This document shows, piece after piece, positions 29,713-34,432 of a DNA stretch of 34,432 nucleotides. The translations under genes and the position numbers were made by a program. Under the pieces are notes generated by a model, which did no database searches, was not told the origin of the DNA, and saw nothing but the letters and a program-made list of their open reading frames with translations. This stretch comes from Candidatus Gottesmanbacteria bacterium. Lineage in GTDB: Bacteria > Patescibacteriota > Microgenomatia > UBA10105 > UBA927. Where the stretch lies: assembly GCA_963701185.1 (NCBI GenBank), contig OY969569.1, forward strand, positions 513,054-547,485, read 5' to 3'. How positions within the stretch are numbered: the stretch's first letter is position 1; each line of letters starts with the position of its first letter.

Positions 29713-30764
29713 AACTTTCTCGCCGCGACTTTGACTTTGCGAAGAAGCGATTCATCATCAAGGAGTTTGCCGCATCCGCGAACGACGGCCGTCTGCGGAT
29801 CCTCGGTAATCCATACCGGCATTTTGACTTCGGTTGCAATAAGCTTATCAATGCCGCGAAGCAATGCACCTCCTCCGGCCAGCACAATTCCGTGTTCCAT
29901 AATATCCCCGATAAGTTCCGGTGGTGTTTCCTCGATGGTTTCGGCAATCCCTTCGACGATTTCATGAATAACCGAGGCAAGCGTTTCGCGGATTTCCGAT
30001 TCGTTCACCCTAATGGATTTCGGCAGACCCGTCTCTATGTCACGACCGCGCACGACCGTTTGCCGTTCTGTTTTGTCAACCGGATAGGCCGATCCCACGG
30101 CGATTTTTATATCTTCGGCCGTCGGCTCGCCGATTAACAGCGAATATTTAAGGCGCATAAAATTCACAATCGCCTCATCCATCTCATCGCCCGCGATGCG
30201 GATGCTGCGGTTCACAACAATGCCGCCAAGAGACAAGACCGCAATTTCACTGGTCCCGCCGCCGATATCACAAATAAAACTTCCGTTGGTTTCCTCAATC
30301 GGGAGTCCGGCGCCGATGGCGGCTGCCATAGGCTCTTCGATAAGGTAGGCTTCCCGCGCGCCTGCTATGATCGCCGCCTCCTGCACGGCACGCCGTTCCA
30401 CTTCCGTGACACCCGACGGAATACCGATGACCACTTTCGGGCGGGGAATTTTCGGCAAGAGGGAATGTTTGGGGGAAGCGTGAACAAGCTGAATATAATG
30501 TTTGAGCATCGCTTCAGCCGCATCAAAATCCGCAATCACGCCGTCTTTCAAAGGCCGGAACGCTTCGATCGTCGCCGGCGTTTTGCCGAGCATCCGTTTT
30601 GCCTCAGAGCCGATCGCGACGATGTGTTTCGTTTTACGGTGCCGAGCCACCACGGATGGTTCGCGGATAACAATCCCTTTGCCGCGCACATACACAAGGG
30701 TATTTGCCGTCCCGAGGTCTATTCCTAAATCATGAGAAAGAAGCCCGAATAACCAATCAAGCAT
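29709..30764 (-). CDS. mreB: Rod shape-determining protein MreB
   Basis: GIDLGTANT, RPLKDGVIADF, IEEPMAAAIGAG, DIGGGTSE and LAGGGALL. Confidence 0.98.
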   Translation of the reverse strand: MLDWLFGLLSHDLGIDLGTANTLVYVRGKGIVIREPSVVARHRKTKHIVAIGSEAKRMLGKTPATIEAFRPLKDGVIADFDAAEAMLKHYIQLVHASPKHSLLPKIPRPKVVIGIPSGVTEVERRAVQEAAIIAGAREAYLIEEPMAAAIGAGLPIEETNGSFICDIGGGTSEIAVLSLGGIVVNRSIRIAGDEMDEAIVNFMRLKYSLLIGEPTAEDIKIAVGSAYPVDKTERQTVVRGRDIETGLPKSIRVNESEIRETLASVIHEIVEGIAETIEETPPELIGDIMEHGIVLAGGGALLRGIDKLIATEVKMPVWITEDPQTAVVRGCGKLLDDESLLRKVKVAARKL

Positions 30765-30790
30765 TGTGGAATCATTCTATCACACCTGCG

Positions 30791-31750
30791 TCAGGCAGCT
30801 TTTCTTTCTTCGTTCTTTCTCTTCACCGTCCGGCCTGCTCTTCGAACGAGATCTACCCCCTCATCACCAGCTACATAGAGGCCTCCGATTACACCGCCAA
30901 TTGTTCCGCCAACAACAAACAGTCCTGCTTTTACGACCTCCGCAAACCCTTGTGCGGCGATCCTGCCGAGGTTTGTTCCCGCAGCATCTAATCTCGCAAG
31001 CCCTGTTTGTATTTTCAAACGTTGCGCTTCGACTTGAATAGCAGAATTTCGTCTCCATTCAACAGCCGTAAATAAATTACTTACAACACTCATATCTTCC
31101 AATGAGAAAGGACATATTTTCTCGAGATGTGTTTCTGCTTCTTGCGGCAGCCCGGTTCGACCGAAAGTTTTAACCACGGTGTAGTCACCGTTTAATAAGT
31201 CCAATAATGCCCGTGATTTCCCTGGATCTAATAATATGTGCTGTTGAAGCTTTGTTAAACGTAAAAGTCTTCGCTCCATTATTTTTTCATCGATCAATAA
31301 TCCTATAACAACACGCATATTATCAACGGTATTCGCCAAAATCATCGCTTTAACCGTCCATTTAATTCCCTTCGGGGCATCCGGCGGCAAAATTTTCCCC
31401 ACGATGTGCTCAAGATCACCAGTGGTCCCTGTCAGTAATGCGTGTAATCCATTTTGTGCGTGATCAAATCCTACAGTGGTAAGTGCGGCTCTCGTAACAG
31501 GAAGTGCTGCCAGCAAATCCTTATATTCCCATCCTTTTTCCTGGCCTTTGGCATCAATCGCATGCATCGCGGCAAGCACTGTCGGTAAATTCAAGCCGAT
31601 TTCAACATCAGGAGAAAGATACCGTTGAAAATCATATTGACTCTGTACAAAAGCTAATGTTCTTGCAACTTCCGGACGCGATAGTTGAATTTCCCTACCT
31701 AAAACCGGGGGTTGTGGTGCTTGCTCTGGCAATGATTCAGGTAATGCCAT
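30791..31750 (-). CDS. Hypothetical protein with a C-terminal glycine-rich hydrophobic helix
   Basis: Start probably ATG 31750 (MALPES), just after a consensus promoter. The ORF-track extension to 32110 is antisense to the next gene. Confidence 0.7.
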   Translation of the reverse strand: MALPESLPEQAPQPPVLGREIQLSRPEVARTLAFVQSQYDFQRYLSPDVEIGLNLPTVLAAMHAIDAKGQEKGWEYKDLLAALPVTRAALTTVGFDHAQNGLHALLTGTTGDLEHIVGKILPPDAPKGIKWTVKAMILANTVDNMRVVIGLLIDEKIMERRLLRLTKLQQHILLDPGKSRALLDLLNGDYTVVKTFGRTGLPQEAETHLEKICPFSLEDMSVVSNLFTAVEWRRNSAIQVEAQRLKIQTGLARLDAAGTNLGRIAAQGFAEVVKAGLFVVGGTIGGVIGGLYVAGDEGVDLVRRAGRTVKRKNEERKAA

Positions 31751-31765
31751 AGGATGAGAACATAA

Positions 31766-31794
31766 ATTATAGGTTACAATGGCCTCATTGTCAA
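31766..31794 (-). promoter_or_regulatory. Perfect consensus sigma70 promoter
   Basis: TTGACA-17 nt-TATAAT on the minus strand, 15 nt upstream of ATG 31750. Confidence 0.8.
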
Positions 31795-31834
31795 CCATAC
31801 CGGGCCATAGTATCGATATGGTATACTTAACCCT

Positions 31835-33916
31835 ATGAATGTAAGCATGTGGTGCGGCCGGATTATGCGGAGCAGTTTTTATTTCCTTTTTATCCTCGTC
31901 CCCCTTATTCTCACCCCATGGAATTATGAGCTGTTTGAATACAATAAAATGGTCATCACCTATGGAATCACGGCCATCATTTTTGGCGCCTGGCTTATTC
32001 AGATGATAACGGATAGAGAGATCCGCATTGCCAAAACACCCCTGGATATTCCCCTCGCCCTGTTTGTCGCGTCGCTCCTCGTGAGTACTTTGTTTTCGAT
32101 GGACCCGCATGTGTCATGGTTCGGATATTATTCCCGTTTTAACGGCGGCATGTGGTCGATATTTTCCTACGTCATCCTATATTATGCGTTTGTTACACAC
32201 TTTCCTCCGGTCAAAAAAATCCTCAATGTCATCGTTGCCACAACCGGCGTCGTTGCCCTCTATGGTTTTGCCGAACATTTCGGCATAGATAAAAACTTAT
32301 GGGTCCAGGACGTCCAGAGCCGCGTCTTCTCAACCCTGGGACAGCCCAACTGGCTGGCGGCGTTTCTGGCCGCCGTTCTGCCTATTTCATTGTATCTTTT
32401 CGCCGCAAATATATCGCGCGCCACGGCAATGCAGGGTATAAAATTTCTCTTCGGCGGGATAACTGCCATTCTCTTTTTTCTCGTTATCCTCTATACGCGG
32501 TCCCGCTCGGGATACCTGGGACTCGCTGTCGCGGATGTGGTTTTTTGGCTCCTATTATTTCTTTCATCCAAAAACAAAAAATCCATTCGGCTTCCCTTTT
32601 TCATTGCGCATTGCGCATTTTTTCTTGTTATTTTTTTCAACGGTATCTACATGGACCAAGTTGACCGATGGTTTACCTTTACCGCATGGAAAAACAGGAT
32701 TACCCGGGTAGCGACACCCGCGCCGACGGCGGAAAAACCGCAGTCCGGAACCCTTTTGGAATCCGGGGGTACGGAATCCGGAACCATCCGGAAGTATGTC
32801 TGGCAGGCCGCCCTTACCGCGTGGCGCGCCAACACGAAAAACATGGCAGTGGGAACCGGCACGGAAACTTTCGCATTCGCCTTTTACCAATACCGGCCCG
32901 CCGGGCACAATCAGACATCCGAGTGGGATTTTCTCTATAACAAGGCGCACAACGAATACCTCAATTATCTGGCGACCACGGGTTTATTTGGATTGGGAGC
33001 GTACCTTCTCCTCGTCGGTTCATTTATTTTTTGGTTTATCAAAAATCTCAAGAATGAAAAATCTGAACAAAAAATGCTCCCTATCGCTTTATTTGCAGGA
33101 TGGATATCCATTCTAATAACCAATTTTTTCGGATTTTCCGTTGTCATCATGCAAATTTTCTTTTTCCTGTTCCCCGCCCTTCTTATTGCCCGTTCGGGCG
33201 TCGCCTATCGGAATATCAGCCTTGCCGCTTTCAAAAAACACGAGACGATACTGCGCTGGAGTATCGCCGCGGCCACGGCAACCGCACTGATTCTGATATA
33301 TCGGTATTGGCAGGCAGATACATTTTTTTCCAGCGGTTATCGCTTGGCACGCGCCAACCAATATGCCCAGGCAGATACAGTTGATGTCAAAGCAATTGCA
33401 CTCAACCCCGGCGAGCCCATGTACCACGATGAACTGGCGACGACGCTTGGATCTCTGGCCATGTCGGCAATTGATGCGAAAAACGCAACGCTTGCGGCGG
33501 CGCTCGCCAAGCAAAGCTTGGCCGAAAGCGATAAGGCTATCCGCACGTCCCCGAAAAATGTCAACTTCTGGAAAACGCGTACAAAATTGTATTACACGTT
33601 CTCCACGTTTGATCCGCAGCTCAATACTGCGGCAATCCAGGCCCTGGAAATGGCCCAAACGCTCTCACCGGCTGACCCGAAAATCGACTATAACCTCGCA
33701 ATTCTCTACGGGCGGGGCGGAGACAATACGAAAGCAGTGGAGCTTCTGACCCGCGCAAAAACATTGAAACCTAATTACCGGGATGCATATTTCGGCTTGT
33801 ATGTGTTTTACACAGAATTGAAAAAACCGGATCTTGCCAAAAACGAACTGCAAACATACCTGGACACTGTCGATCCTACTGACCGCGATTTCCGGGACCG
33901 CCTCTCCCAACCATGA
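31835..33916 (+). CDS. O-antigen ligase / O-oligosaccharyltransferase family membrane protein with C-terminal TPRs
   Basis: Many TM helices, RVFSTLGQPN, TRSRSG, GTGTETF and KAHNEYLN (Wzy_C-like), and a TPR-like C-terminus. Confidence 0.88.
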   Translation: MNVSMWCGRIMRSSFYFLFILVPLILTPWNYELFEYNKMVITYGITAIIFGAWLIQMITDREIRIAKTPLDIPLALFVASLLVSTLFSMDPHVSWFGYYSRFNGGMWSIFSYVILYYAFVTHFPPVKKILNVIVATTGVVALYGFAEHFGIDKNLWVQDVQSRVFSTLGQPNWLAAFLAAVLPISLYLFAANISRATAMQGIKFLFGGITAILFFLVILYTRSRSGYLGLAVADVVFWLLLFLSSKNKKSIRLPFFIAHCAFFLVIFFNGIYMDQVDRWFTFTAWKNRITRVATPAPTAEKPQSGTLLESGGTESGTIRKYVWQAALTAWRANTKNMAVGTGTETFAFAFYQYRPAGHNQTSEWDFLYNKAHNEYLNYLATTGLFGLGAYLLLVGSFIFWFIKNLKNEKSEQKMLPIALFAGWISILITNFFGFSVVIMQIFFFLFPALLIARSGVAYRNISLAAFKKHETILRWSIAAATATALILIYRYWQADTFFSSGYRLARANQYAQADTVDVKAIALNPGEPMYHDELATTLGSLAMSAIDAKNATLAAALAKQSLAESDKAIRTSPKNVNFWKTRTKLYYTFSTFDPQLNTAAIQALEMAQTLSPADPKIDYNLAILYGRGGDNTKAVELLTRAKTLKPNYRDAYFGLYVFYTELKKPDLAKNELQTYLDTVDPTDRDFRDRLSQP

Positions 33917-34432
33917 AGTTTTTTGCAATACTGTGCTTCCTCCTTATCCTTATGATCGGCACAAGACTTGCAGGTATATATACTTCTCCGAAAGATGTCT
34001 TAGGTTGGGATTTCGTTAATTACGCAGTCACACCGTGGTACCAAATTCTTCATGGCCAAACCCCCATCGTGTTCGGATGGAGCTCGGTTCTTTTGGCCGC
34101 GGCAGGACTCCGTTACCAAAGCATGGTCGCCGTCAGCATTCTCGGGCTTCTGGTTCTTCTCTTCTTATTTATACAACAGAAAGATACACGCATACTGGCG
34201 CTCCTTTTTTTCGGCATATTTCTTCTCGGCGTTCCGATGAACAAAGCCATCGAAGCCGGCAATCCTGATATGTTTCTGTCGGTCTTGTTCGGCATCATAC
34301 TTCTTTTACTTCAAAAACGAACGCTCATCCGCTCCCTGGCGCTCGGAATCCTCCTCGGTTTTTTCCTGAACGTAAAGGGGTTCTTACTCCTCTTTACGTT
34401 GGCCGCTCTTGCCCTTTCCGGCCCTGACATTC
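33913..34432 (+). CDS. GT-C (GT87/DUF2029-like) membrane glycosyltransferase, 3'-truncated
   Basis: ATG 33913 overlaps the upstream stop and the frame stays open to the window end: MKFFAILCF...GWDF...AIEAGNPD...LLGFFLNVK. Confidence 0.6.
   Translation, partial: MKFFAILCFLLILMIGTRLAGIYTSPKDVLGWDFVNYAVTPWYQILHGQTPIVFGWSSVLLAAAGLRYQSMVAVSILGLLVLLFLFIQQKDTRILALLFFGIFLLGVPMNKAIEAGNPDMFLSVLFGIILLLLQKRTLIRSLALGILLGFFLNVKGFLLLFTLAALALSGPDI

Overview
A very gene-dense bacterial window read with the standard genetic code (TGA is a stop). The divergent 16S rRNA and the gene content point to a Patescibacteria/CPR organism, probably Microgenomates; this assignment is inference. From left to right it holds: the 3' part of glmS; dcd; a TrpR/YerC-like regulator flanked on both sides by copies of one palindrome; a Mg2+ P-type ATPase divergent from an L,D-transpeptidase and a second P-type ATPase; a radical-SAM / hydrolase / AlkD / Nudix operon; an AT-rich gene pair; small secreted or membrane proteins; a methyltransferase and a DEDD exonuclease; tRNA-Ile and tRNA-Cys; a VKOR-dihydroorotate dehydrogenase fusion directly downstream of a stand-alone 16S rRNA that carries a long V1 insertion; PAP2, TrmH and PAP2 genes; topA, dprA, a GT4 and a GH36; pbp2, a PAP2-like gene and mreB with no mreC/mreD; an O-antigen-ligase-TPR protein; and a partial GT-C. 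The best candidates for new biology are the VKOR-PyrD fusion and its position inside the rRNA/tRNA transcription unit, the palindrome-bracketed TrpR-like gene, and a PBP2 lacking its head subdomain in an mreB operon without mreC/mreD. I saw no CRISPR array, transposase or integrase.
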